A stretch of DNA of 64,000 nt from Candidatus Saccharimonadales bacterium. Its GTDB lineage: Bacteria; Patescibacteriota; Saccharimonadia; Saccharimonadales; Saccharimonadaceae. Numbering within the stretch: the first letter of the stretch is position 1; every line of letters begins with the position of its first letter. The DNA lies in contig DASWYA010000001.1 of NCBI GenBank assembly GCA_036405235.1, positions 197,486 to 261,485 of the forward strand. Direction: 5' to 3'. The notes below the pieces were generated by a model. It was not told where the DNA came from, did no database searches, and saw only the letters and a list, made by a program, of their open reading frames with translations. Positions 18,768-27,904 of the stretch are shown one piece after another. Made by a program: the position numbers and the translations under genes.

Positions 18768-19235
18768 CTATGCGATGCTTACAAGCTGCATTTGACGATT
18801 CTTGAGGCCGCTTCCCCACTCGATCGTCTCTTTAATCGTCTTGCCAATCAGGCTCCTGCCGAGCGGACTTTGTGCTGAAATGCGTCCGTCGCTTGGGTTT
18901 GCTTCGATACTATCGACAATCGTATAGCGCACGATTCGGCCTTGCATATCGATAAGCTCGACGACGGAGCCAAGAGCTACCTTTAGAGCGTCACGCTTGC
19001 GAGGAAAAAGCTTGGCGCTTTTTAGGACGAGCTGTTTGTCTGCAAGCTCGCTCTCGATGATTTCAAGCTGTGCGAGTCGTTCGATACGGTCAAGTCGTTC
19101 GTCATGGCCATCTATCTTGTCTAAGTCGCGCAGGTCGGCAATTGCCTGAGCTTGTCGGCGTTCTAGTTTAGCTACAGATTTCTTGAGTTCTTTCATGCCT
19201 TTTTTGCTGAGTAGTGTGGTGATTTTTTCTGTCAT
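18768..19235 (-). CDS. greA: Transcription elongation factor GreA
   Basis: The 155-aa product has an N-terminal coiled coil and a C-terminal FKBP-like domain (SPLGRSLIGKTIKETIEW). An AAAGGAGG RBS lies upstream. Confidence 0.88.
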   Translation of the reverse strand: MTEKITTLLSKKGMKELKKSVAKLERRQAQAIADLRDLDKIDGHDERLDRIERLAQLEIIESELADKQLVLKSAKLFPRKRDALKVALGSVVELIDMQGRIVRYTIVDSIEANPSDGRISAQSPLGRSLIGKTIKETIEWGSGLKNRQMQLVSIA

Positions 19236-19330
19236 AGTACCTCCTTTTAGCTGTCTGGTAGCCGATTGTTTTGGCTACTGAGAGTAGTATGTATGTAAAA
19301 CCTGAAGGCAACCTGAAAATTCTAGTGGTT

Positions 19331-20341
19331 TTAGGCGCTTTTTTTGAACACTATAACAACAGAGGTAGTTTTGTCGGGTATACTTGTGATTTTAATGTCT
19401 GCATCGTGAAGGTCGGCTATCTTTTTTGCAAGGCTCAGGCCGAGCCCGTAGCCACTTGAGTCTTCGTTTGATGTACGTGATTTTTCTCCACGGTAGAATC
19501 GCTCGAAGACATGAGGTAAATCATCAGGTGCGATACCCTTGCCTTGGTTTATAATCTCTACGGCAATTGATCCACTTCGATCTTTTGTGTAGATATCTAT
19601 CGGCGAGTCTTCGGGACTATAGCGGAGTGCGTTGTCGACGAGGATCATTAGAAGTTCCGTGAGGCTCGCTTCGTTGCCAATGATATGATTCTTGCTCTCA
19701 AGATGTAGTTTGATCCTGCCGCCGCCGTCTTTCTTATGAAGTTTGGTCACAGCTTTTACGCTGTCGTTAAGCGAAGCTTTCGTAAGGCTTAAGCCGGAGA
19801 AATCCTGCTTGGAAAGCTTAAGTAGAACATTTGAAAGATCGCTTAGACGATTAACTTCCTCTAAATTACTCTCAAGCAACTCTCGCATATCTGACTTTGA
19901 AAGGCTCTTATCTCTGAGAGCAACCTCAAGCTCACTTTTCATGACAGCAAGTGGCGTACGAAGCTCGTGGCTGGCATCTGACGTGAAGCGGCTTTGTGCT
20001 TCATGCGACTCTTCGATTGGCTTAAGGCTCCGGCGTGCGAGGAGGTAGCTTCCGCAACCACCTGCAACGAGTATGAGAAGGTTTGTGTAGAATAATGCAA
20101 AGAATAACCTAGTCTCACTCTCGTGTAGCTGAATAGTGCGGAAAGTATCAAGCTGTCTTAGCTCGGCGGGATCGGCGTTTCTGCCGTGTTCAACCCGACT
20201 TGAAAAAGAATTAAAACGAGTGTCGAGCTCGGCTCTAGAAATCTGGTAGATAATGGTACTAAAGAGCAAACTGATCCCTATAAGGATCAGCAAGTACCAA
20301 GCGGTTAGCTTGACAGTGGTAGACTCAAACATTTGTTTCAC
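19331..20341 (-). CDS. Two-component sensor histidine kinase
   Basis: The 336-aa product has two TM helices, H-box ASHELRTPLAVM and G2 box GYGLGLSLAKKIA. It overlaps the response-regulator gene by 4 nt. Confidence 0.85.
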   Translation of the reverse strand: MKQMFESTTVKLTAWYLLILIGISLLFSTIIYQISRAELDTRFNSFSSRVEHGRNADPAELRQLDTFRTIQLHESETRLFFALFYTNLLILVAGGCGSYLLARRSLKPIEESHEAQSRFTSDASHELRTPLAVMKSELEVALRDKSLSKSDMRELLESNLEEVNRLSDLSNVLLKLSKQDFSGLSLTKASLNDSVKAVTKLHKKDGGGRIKLHLESKNHIIGNEASLTELLMILVDNALRYSPEDSPIDIYTKDRSGSIAVEIINQGKGIAPDDLPHVFERFYRGEKSRTSNEDSSGYGLGLSLAKKIADLHDADIKITSIPDKTTSVVIVFKKSA

Positions 20342-21015
20342 GACTTAGTATTCAGACGATAGCCAAAGCCGCGTACTGTCCCGATGAGGTCTTTTTTGAA
20401 CGGTTTATCAATCTTGTTACGCAGATACTTTATATATACCTCTACAGTATTTGGCAGGATGTCTGCGTCATAATCCCAGACGTGTGCAATGATAGAATCC
20501 TTCGAAAGTATACGATTTTTATTGCGCATCAAATATTCTAATAGTCCAAATTCCTTTGAGGTTAGCGCAATATCTTTACCACTTCGCGAGACGGTGTAGT
20601 TGGCTGTGTCCAGCGTGAGGTCATCGGCTGTCAAGATAGTGCTTTGTTGCTCTGAAGGGCGTCTAAGCAAGGCCCGTACCCGTGCTAGCAGCTCCTCGAT
20701 GGCAAATGGTTTTACGAGATAGTCGTCTGCTCCGCTGTCGAGACCAGCTGTCTTATCTTCTGTACGGCCGAGTGCTGTCAGGAAAAGTACTGGCGTGTGA
20801 ATCTTTTCTTTCCTCATGCTCTCAACGATTTGCAGGCCATTAAATTCTCCAGGAATCATCCGGTCGATGATCGCCACGTCATACGGCTCGGTTGTTGCCA
20901 TGGCATGACCTTCATCACCATCAAAGCAAATGTCTACAGCATAGCTTTCTTGCTCAAGCGCACGCTTCAGTGCACGTGCAATTTTGTGCTCATCCTCTAT
21001 AACAAGAATTCTCAT
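20338..21015 (-). CDS. OmpR/PhoB-family response regulator
   Basis: The 225-aa product has a receiver domain (MRILVIEDE...DVAIIDRMIPG) and a winged-helix output domain (VRGFGYRL). Confidence 0.9.
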   Translation of the reverse strand: MRILVIEDEHKIARALKRALEQESYAVDICFDGDEGHAMATTEPYDVAIIDRMIPGEFNGLQIVESMRKEKIHTPVLFLTALGRTEDKTAGLDSGADDYLVKPFAIEELLARVRALLRRPSEQQSTILTADDLTLDTANYTVSRSGKDIALTSKEFGLLEYLMRNKNRILSKDSIIAHVWDYDADILPNTVEVYIKYLRNKIDKPFKKDLIGTVRGFGYRLNTKS

Positions 21016-21051
21016 AATACAAAGTATACAATAACTACACTGAAAGGAAGC

Positions 21052-21372
21052 TTAAGTAGTTGGGTCACCGTATTGCTCGGACCAATCTTGCATGTTTTGC
21101 AGGATTGGTAGAAGTGCTTCGCCTTTTTTAGTTAGGCTGTATTCGCAGCGTCGGTCAGTGGTGGTGGGATGTTTAGTGATAATTTCTTCATCTTCAAGCA
21201 TTGTTAGGCGTGCAGATAAGGTGCGTGGATTGATGTTGCCGACAAGGTCTTGGAGCTGGCAAAAACGAACAACTTTTTCGTTGATAAAAAACCTAAGCAG
21301 CTCAGGCGTCCATTTATCGCCTATAATGTCGGCAGCCGCTCGTACGGAATCAAGTTTTACAGTTGCACTCAT
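21052..21372 (-). CDS. HxlR-family winged-helix transcriptional regulator (alternative start at 21387)
   Basis: The product has the IIGDKWTPELLRFF...RTLSARLTMLEDEEII pattern. I prefer the internal ATG at 21372 because a consensus promoter ends 6 nt upstream of it. Confidence 0.8.
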   Translation of the reverse strand: MSATVKLDSVRAAADIIGDKWTPELLRFFINEKVVRFCQLQDLVGNINPRTLSARLTMLEDEEIITKHPTTTDRRCEYSLTKKGEALLPILQNMQDWSEQYGDPTT

Positions 21373-21378
21373 GTTTAT

Positions 21379-21407
21379 ACTATACATTTTCTAGCGAAGA
21401 TAGTCAA
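21379..21407 (-). promoter_or_regulatory. Sigma70-type promoter of the HxlR-family gene (leaderless configuration)
   Basis: On the minus strand, TTGACT (21402-21407), a 17-nt spacer and TATAGT (21379-21384), then 6 nt to the ATG at 21372. Confidence 0.55.
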
Positions 21408-21433
21408 AGATACTAAGGTATAATAGTGGGAGT

Positions 21434-21967
21434 ATGAAAACTATCATTCGCCGCTTTGACTCGACGATTGTAGAGTGGGTGCGCCACATTCCTCGTTCGT
21501 GGGATCCATTCTTCCTCTCGGTTACCCACCTGGGTGATCCTATTGTGGTGGTCTTAATATCTGTAGTGGTTGGCTTGTGGGCGTTTGTCCAAACTAACAT
21601 CCGATTGGTCATTAGTGCAGCCGTTGTGCCGGCAACTCTTGCTGTTGGTGCTGTCTTGAAGTTGCTTTTTGAGAGAGCAAGACCTGTAGGTGATTTTAGT
21701 CACCTCTTAAAGCTCGATACGTTTAGCTTTCCTAGTGGACACTCGAGCGGGTCAATGGTCGCCTACGGGCTACTGGCATTTTTAGTATGGAAATTAGTTC
21801 CGGCGCCTTACGGGTATGTGCTTGCCGTGATACTCATCTGTGTGCCGCTGGTCGTGGGTATCTCTCGCGTGTATTTGAGTGTTCATCATCCGAGTGATGT
21901 GCTTGCGGGATGGCTGCTTGGTTTAATAGCACTCGGGATTATCATCTTTGTCGTGAGGCCACTCTAG
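21434..21967 (+). CDS. PAP2-family phosphatase (undecaprenyl-diphosphatase/lipid phosphatase type)
   Basis: The 177-aa product has SFPSGHS and SRVYLSVHHPSDV motifs. Confidence 0.8.
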   Translation: MKTIIRRFDSTIVEWVRHIPRSWDPFFLSVTHLGDPIVVVLISVVVGLWAFVQTNIRLVISAAVVPATLAVGAVLKLLFERARPVGDFSHLLKLDTFSFPSGHSSGSMVAYGLLAFLVWKLVPAPYGYVLAVILICVPLVVGISRVYLSVHHPSDVLAGWLLGLIALGIIIFVVRPL

Positions 21968-21968
21968 A

Positions 21969-22820
21969 ATGGAGATCGTTGTAGTCTACAATCCAAAATC
22001 TGGGAGTGCACCGGCGAAGTCAGAGATTATTTCGATGTGTAAGGATACTGGCGTAGTACCGAAGAAATTTATTGCTGTAGATGAAAGCTTTGACGCTAAG
22101 ATTAAGAGCTTGGCCAAGCAAGATAATGTAAAGGTCGCTGTCGTAGGAGGCGACGGTACGGTTAGCAGTGTTGCGGGTCATATAGCAGGCACGGGTAATA
22201 CGCTGATACCTTTGCCTGGCGGCACGTTAAATAACTTCACAAAAGATCTTGGCGTTCCGCAAGATCTAGAAAAGGCGCTGAAACACCTCGCGAGTATGAA
22301 GGTGCGGAAAATAGACGTTGCAGTGGTAAACGATAAGATCTTCGTCAATAATTCCAGTATTGGGCTATACCCCCTTAGCCTTCGTGAGCGTGAACAAAGT
22401 GAGAAACATGTTGGTAAATGGCAAGCTGCCGCGTATGCTGTCTTTAAGGTGTTGCTGAAGTTTAAAACGTATACGGTTACTGTAGACGAGGAAACATTTC
22501 GCACGCCATTTATCTTTATTGGTAACAATCGTTATAGTATTAGCTCGGGTGGCGTGCCCGAACGTTCTCGGCTAGATGGAGGCAAGTTGACGGTATTGAT
22601 CGCTAAGACGTCAAAGCGATGGCAGCTGATAAAAATATTCTTCCTTGTCCTAATCGGGAAAGGTCACCTATCCGAGGATTTTGAGGAAAAACACGTTTCA
22701 TCTATTGAAGTGGGATCGAAGAAATCACGAATAAGTATTTCTCATGATGGAGAGGTTTCAAAGCTTGAGACGCCACTGAAGTATAAGATAGAACCTAAAG
22801 CGCTAAAGGTTATTGCATGA
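21969..22820 (+). CDS. Diacylglycerol/lipid kinase family protein (YegS/LCB5-like)
   Basis: The 283-aa product has a VVGGDGTV motif and an N-terminal Rossmann-like fold pattern. Confidence 0.8.
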   Translation: MEIVVVYNPKSGSAPAKSEIISMCKDTGVVPKKFIAVDESFDAKIKSLAKQDNVKVAVVGGDGTVSSVAGHIAGTGNTLIPLPGGTLNNFTKDLGVPQDLEKALKHLASMKVRKIDVAVVNDKIFVNNSSIGLYPLSLREREQSEKHVGKWQAAAYAVFKVLLKFKTYTVTVDEETFRTPFIFIGNNRYSISSGGVPERSRLDGGKLTVLIAKTSKRWQLIKIFFLVLIGKGHLSEDFEEKHVSSIEVGSKKSRISISHDGEVSKLETPLKYKIEPKALKVIA

Positions 22821-24016
22821 GTAGTTTTTCGTTTCAGGTTTCCAGAGAGATTCCAGGTGCGCACGGACGATCTGGCGTACTCAGTACTCCACACGGTGAG
22901 ATTAAAACGCCCGCTTTTATACCTGTCGGCACGGGTGCGACATTGAAGGCATTAACGCCTGAGCAGCTTGACGCGACTGGTGCGCAGGCTGTGCTGGCAA
23001 ATGCCTATCATCTCTATCTTCGTCCTGGTTCTGGTGTCATAGACGAGGCTGGCGGCTTGGGTAAGTTTATGAATTGGGCAAAACCGACATTCACTGACAG
23101 TGGCGGCTTTCAGGTGATGTCGCTCGGTGTTGGCTTCAAGAAAGTTATCGATATGACTGGAGATGAGCAGACGCCTATACAATCAAAGGAGAAACTCGCC
23201 TGGATTTCTGACACAGGTGTTGAATTTAAGTCTCACATTGATGGATCGAGGCACGTGTTTACACCCGAGCTTTCTATGAAAATTCAGCATGAGATTGGCG
23301 CCGACATTACTTTTGCATTTGATGAGCTGACAACGCTCCATCACGATCGACCGTATCAAATCGAGTCATTAAAGCGACGGACACATCCCTGGGCTGAGCA
23401 GAGTTTGGCTGAACATCAAAAGCTCAATAAAGAGCGTAGTCATCGACCTCCGCAAGCGCTTTTTGGCGTGATTCAAGGTGCGCAGTATGAAGATCTGCGC
23501 CGCGAGTCATCTCGTTTTATGGCCGCGCGGGACTTTGATGGTTTTGGATTAGGTGGCGCGTATACGAAGAAAGATATTGGCGTGATTGTTGGCTGGATGG
23601 CTGAAGAGCTCCCGGAAGATAAGCCTAGGCATATGCTCGGGATTAGTGAGCCAAACGATATATTTGACTGTATAGAAAATGGCGCAGATACGTTTGATTG
23701 TGTCTCTCCGGCTCGTGTCGCGCGTAACGGTGCAATTTACACGCCTACTGGCCGTGTAAATATTAGAAATGCAAAATATAAACGAGATTTTTCACCGCCA
23801 GACCCGACATGCGATTGTTACACGTGCGCTCATTACACAAATGCATATCTCAATCACCTTTTTCGCTCCGGTGAGCTACTCGGCTTGACGCTCGCAACGA
23901 TTCATAATGAACGCTTTATTGTCAGGATGGTCGATGAGATCAGAGATGCTATCGAGAACGGCACATTCTATGAGTTTAAGACTCAGTGGCTCAACAGATA
24001 TTATTTTTCAAAGTGA
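22817..24016 (+). CDS. tgt: tRNA-guanine transglycosylase (queuine tRNA-ribosyltransferase)
   Basis: The 399-aa product contains TDSGGFQV, FDCVSPAR and the Zn site CDCYTCAHYTNAYLNHL. Confidence 0.9.
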   Translation: MSSFSFQVSREIPGAHGRSGVLSTPHGEIKTPAFIPVGTGATLKALTPEQLDATGAQAVLANAYHLYLRPGSGVIDEAGGLGKFMNWAKPTFTDSGGFQVMSLGVGFKKVIDMTGDEQTPIQSKEKLAWISDTGVEFKSHIDGSRHVFTPELSMKIQHEIGADITFAFDELTTLHHDRPYQIESLKRRTHPWAEQSLAEHQKLNKERSHRPPQALFGVIQGAQYEDLRRESSRFMAARDFDGFGLGGAYTKKDIGVIVGWMAEELPEDKPRHMLGISEPNDIFDCIENGADTFDCVSPARVARNGAIYTPTGRVNIRNAKYKRDFSPPDPTCDCYTCAHYTNAYLNHLFRSGELLGLTLATIHNERFIVRMVDEIRDAIENGTFYEFKTQWLNRYYFSK

Positions 24017-24681
24017 AACGGATTGAAGTCGGTCTTCTTGTCGTAGACTTCGAGGTTCTCGCGTTTTTTGAGTACGCGAACAAGCTTGTACGTGATCGGC
24101 ATGACTGCAAATTCAACCAATACTTTGTAGCACACGCCAACGAGTATGTAGTTAAGTAGTGAGCCTCCGCTCAAGATTCCGTAAAATGCGATTACGCAAA
24201 ATATAGTTGTATCAATGAGCTCACCTGCAAGTGTCGATGCGCCTAGGCGGAGCCAGAGCTTCTTGCCTTTTGTGCGGATTTTTAATTTCGCCATAACGAA
24301 CGCATTGATGAATTGTCCGGCAAATAAGCCAGCTAGACTAGCGAGTACGATATTTGGTACAAATCCAAGTACTGATTCAAATGCTGCTTGATTTGTGTAT
24401 TCAGCAGCTGAAGGAAGGTGTTGTACTGCGAGGAATGTGAGCGATGCTAGAACTGATGCAAAGATACCGACGTAGATTGCTCGTCGAGCAGCCTTGTAGC
24501 CATACACTTCTGTGATGACATCGCCAAATACATATACGAGCGGGAAAAGGATAGCGCCGCCATCAAAAATGAGTGGCCCGATTGCGACGAGCTTTGTTGC
24601 GGCGATATTTGATAGCAATATCAGTACGGCAAAACCGGCCAATATAATATCGAAGTAAATAAGTTTTCTAGCAGTTCCCAT
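24001..24681 (-). CDS. yhhQ: Queuosine-precursor transporter, YhhQ/DUF165 family
   Basis: The 226-aa product, starting at the internal ATG 24681 (MGTARK...), has an FPLVYVFGDVITEVYGYKAARR motif. The track's longer ORF to 24768 would run into the divergent promoter. Confidence 0.78.
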   Translation of the reverse strand: MGTARKLIYFDIILAGFAVLILLSNIAATKLVAIGPLIFDGGAILFPLVYVFGDVITEVYGYKAARRAIYVGIFASVLASLTFLAVQHLPSAAEYTNQAAFESVLGFVPNIVLASLAGLFAGQFINAFVMAKLKIRTKGKKLWLRLGASTLAGELIDTTIFCVIAFYGILSGGSLLNYILVGVCYKVLVEFAVMPITYKLVRVLKKRENLEVYDKKTDFNPFHFEK

Positions 24682-24738
24682 AATGTTGTTCTGTAGGAAT
24701 GATACCATAAAGTGTTCGAAACAGTGTATACTACCACT

Positions 24739-25869
24739 ATGAAGGTAAATATTCAAATAGATACACAAACGTTTGTACGCTTTTGGCTGGTGATGATTGG
24801 CTTCGCGCTGGCAGGACTAATGATTTATAGCGCAATGAGTGGCCTGATAATTGTAGGTACTGCGCTCTTTCTTGCTTTGGCGCTGAACGGCCCTGTTACG
24901 CGGCTTGCTAATTTTCTTCCAGGGAAAAGTCGTGTTGGAAGTACGGCAATCGCGTATCTTCTTGTCATCGCGTTTCTTGGTGCGTTTACGTTTCTAGCGG
25001 TTCCGCCTATCGTGCAGCAGACAGCGAAATTTGCCGCGACGGTACCGGATCTTGTCGATAATGCGACGAATAGTTGGCATAGTCTTGATAAAGCGATCGA
25101 CGACTATAACCTGAGACCACAGGTTGATGAAGCACTTGGCACGCTGAAGAAAAATGCTACAACATGGGCGTCGAATGTTGGCTCTAATGTTGTCTCTGGT
25201 GTTGGTTCTTTCTTCGGATTTATCACATCGCTCATCTTGACTCTAGTGCTCTCTTTCCTAATGCTCGTTGAGGGTCCGGAATGGATGAAGCGAATCTGGG
25301 GCTTGTATCGTAATAAACGTCGTATGGAGCATCATCGAAAAACCGTGACTCGTATGAGTAGCGTCGTTTCCGGCTTTGTAACGGGCCAATTGACTGTGTC
25401 AGCCTTGGGGGCTACGCTCGCCGGATTGGCTGTGTTTATCATTGCACTTTTTGTCAAAGAAGTACCGACGAACTTAGCGGTGCCGACAGCCGCTATTGTC
25501 TTTGTCTTTTCGCTGATCCCAATGTTTGGTGCAGTCATCAGTGCTGTGCTCGTGTGTCTCCTTATTGGATTTAATTCGATCCCGGCAGCGATCGTGTACG
25601 GCATCTACTTCTTGATCTATCAGCAGATTGAAAATAATTTTGTATCACCGGCAATTCAGTCGCGAAAACTTGAGCTCTCACCTCTTCTTATTTTAATCGC
25701 GGTGACGGTAGGTATTTATGTATTTGGCATCGCTGGTGCTATTATCTCAATACCTGTAGCGGGTTGTCTGAAAGTTCTTCTGGAAGAGTATCTTGTTCAT
25801 GCGCGCGATGAACGTGAAAAGCAAGAGAAGCCAATCGAAAAACTCGTCAAAAAGATTAAACAAGTCTAG
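24739..25869 (+). CDS. AI-2E family transporter (PerM/YhhT-like permease)
   Basis: This is a polytopic membrane protein with the family-typical C-terminal layout. I chose the start at 24739 because TATACT (24727-24732) lies 6 nt upstream; the track's start at 24712 remains possible. Confidence 0.75.
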   Translation: MKVNIQIDTQTFVRFWLVMIGFALAGLMIYSAMSGLIIVGTALFLALALNGPVTRLANFLPGKSRVGSTAIAYLLVIAFLGAFTFLAVPPIVQQTAKFAATVPDLVDNATNSWHSLDKAIDDYNLRPQVDEALGTLKKNATTWASNVGSNVVSGVGSFFGFITSLILTLVLSFLMLVEGPEWMKRIWGLYRNKRRMEHHRKTVTRMSSVVSGFVTGQLTVSALGATLAGLAVFIIALFVKEVPTNLAVPTAAIVFVFSLIPMFGAVISAVLVCLLIGFNSIPAAIVYGIYFLIYQQIENNFVSPAIQSRKLELSPLLILIAVTVGIYVFGIAGAIISIPVAGCLKVLLEEYLVHARDEREKQEKPIEKLVKKIKQV

Positions 25870-25918
25870 GCCTGCTACAGAGGTAGTATTGTAGTGCGTT
25901 CAGTGCTATGATGAGTTC

Positions 25919-27889
25919 ATGAAAAACGGTAAGCTTTTGGGCTATGAGTACTGGTTTGAAGTGTATCTCCGCAAGAGTACGCTTGATGGTGTTGCGTGGG
26001 ATTTTACGCTAAAATCAATCCTCCAACACGTAGGTTTAATACGCAGTATTAAAGTAATCATACACATTGACGGTAACCTCGTTCACTACTACGTAGGCGC
26101 AAACAAAGACCTAAGCGGTCTATCGAATAATCTTATGCAAGTTGTTCTCAGGCCAATTGATGCATCTAAGATTGCTTTGCCGCAGATTAGTAAATCTGAG
26201 CGGCTCGTTGTACTCGTTCCGGGTGGCAATATTCTTGATCTTAGGGAGCGCTATGAGCTCAAGCGCCAGAAAGTTCTCGAGTGGGGTGTATTTACAATGC
26301 GTGGTACGTCAAGTGTATTACACTCTACAGCAAGTTATCTTTTCCGCGGGATCAATGGACATCACAGCGAATCAAGGAAGCAAGCTTTCTCGTCGCCGGG
26401 AAGTCTCATTGCTATTAATTTCAGGGAAAATGAAAAGTATGACTACATGCGTCACTCGAAACATCTCGATATCCAGAAATCACTTCATATTCTAAAAAGT
26501 GATCCGACTGACGCTTTGTTTGAAGTCGGCACATTCCCTTATCTGCCGAAAAATGCATATTTATCACTTCCGAGCTATGATTTTGATAAGCATTCTTTCA
26601 TTGTCGGCGCGTCTGGTAGTGGTAAGTCGAAATTCATTAGTCTTTTTGTTGATCGTCTACTTCGCTCGCCGATGGCTTCAAACTATCGAATTGTAGTTGT
26701 CGATCCGCATGCCTCACTCGAGCAAGATATTGGCGATTTTCCAGACACAAATGTAATCAATTTTCGCTCGAGTAGTGATAGTACTGAGCTTTTTTCGGAT
26801 GCAAATACTGATATATCAGCTGCTACGGAACTAACTGGTACTCTTTTCGAGTCGCTGCTTGGAAAGAATTACAATGGGAGTGTTGAGCGTTTACTAAGGT
26901 TTAGTATGCTTGTTTTGATGACGGCTCAAATTATGAGCCTTGATAATCTCAAGCGTCTTCTTACCGATGATAGCTTTAGGGTTGGTGTGCTTGATCATGT
27001 TGAGCAATATGCGCCAGCCAATGTGATTTCATTTTTCAGGAACGAGTATGTAACGCTGCAGAGAGAGCATTATCAAACAGCTATCTTCCCTATCGTTGAG
27101 CTTGTTGATGAGATACAAGTGCAACCAGCGCTATCTGGGAAACACGGTCAAGCAAACTCACTCGCAAAAGTCATAGGATCAAACCGCATGACACTATTTT
27201 CGCTCAATAAAGTTGGTATGGGCGAAAAGGTTATCAAGACTGTCTCGGGGCTTTTGATCCAACAACTCTTTCTTTTGGCTCAGGCGCGTGCTTTTAACGA
27301 AAAGATTATCTTGATCATTGATGAAGTGAGTGTCGTGCAGAATCCGACAATCGCGCAGATCTTGGCTGAAGCGCGAAAGTATAACTTGTTTGTATTTCTT
27401 TCGCAGCAGTACTTTGGACAAATTGATGAGAAGCTTCAGAATGCTATCTTCTCAAATGTGACGAACTACTATGTCTTTAAGGTCTCGGAGCACGATGCTC
27501 GTATTCTCGAGGGTAATATTACTATGGAGCTTCCAAAGAAAATGATAATGGAGGCGACTCGCGTGATGAATAAAGAGGAAGACTTGCGGGTGCCGATACT
27601 CACCGAGCTTGATCCGCGCGACTGCGTTGTCCGAGTGTCTGCTGGCGGCAAAACATTGCCTGCCTTTAAGGGTACGACGCTTGATTTCTCACCGTCAACT
27701 AGAGAAAGATCTGCTCGACTTGTTGAACTAAGTAATCCAGATCGACCGGCGAAGTATGTTGAACCAGATGCTGGCGCTTCGGCAAATGTAGCGGCCAACA
27801 AACCACAGTTTAGCACTGGAGAAGGTACAGTTAATCTTATGGAAGTTCTCGCAAGCAAATCATCAAAGCGTAATAAGCGTCCAGACTAA
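25919..27889 (+). CDS. HerA/FtsK/VirB4-superfamily P-loop ATPase with an unknown N-terminal domain
   Basis: The 656-aa product has Walker A VGASGSGKSKF, Walker B IILIIDEVS and an AEARKYNLFVFLSQQ (Arg-finger/sensor) block. The C-terminal tail is disordered and basic. Confidence 0.6.
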   Translation: MKNGKLLGYEYWFEVYLRKSTLDGVAWDFTLKSILQHVGLIRSIKVIIHIDGNLVHYYVGANKDLSGLSNNLMQVVLRPIDASKIALPQISKSERLVVLVPGGNILDLRERYELKRQKVLEWGVFTMRGTSSVLHSTASYLFRGINGHHSESRKQAFSSPGSLIAINFRENEKYDYMRHSKHLDIQKSLHILKSDPTDALFEVGTFPYLPKNAYLSLPSYDFDKHSFIVGASGSGKSKFISLFVDRLLRSPMASNYRIVVVDPHASLEQDIGDFPDTNVINFRSSSDSTELFSDANTDISAATELTGTLFESLLGKNYNGSVERLLRFSMLVLMTAQIMSLDNLKRLLTDDSFRVGVLDHVEQYAPANVISFFRNEYVTLQREHYQTAIFPIVELVDEIQVQPALSGKHGQANSLAKVIGSNRMTLFSLNKVGMGEKVIKTVSGLLIQQLFLLAQARAFNEKIILIIDEVSVVQNPTIAQILAEARKYNLFVFLSQQYFGQIDEKLQNAIFSNVTNYYVFKVSEHDARILEGNITMELPKKMIMEATRVMNKEEDLRVPILTELDPRDCVVRVSAGGKTLPAFKGTTLDFSPSTRERSARLVELSNPDRPAKYVEPDAGASANVAANKPQFSTGEGTVNLMEVLASKSSKRNKRPD

Positions 27890-27904
27890 ACAGAAGGGAT
27901 TACT

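Noticed and set aside
24682-24768. N-terminal extensions of track ORFs were considered, for yhhQ to 24768, pyrE to 31694, rplA to 47753, otsAB from 48288, the ORF from 45153, and the ORF to 52630.
   Set aside because: The extensions overlap neighbouring genes or promoters and add non-conserved residues. Internal starts with an RBS or a -10 box at the proper distance fit better, though the original starts cannot be strictly excluded.
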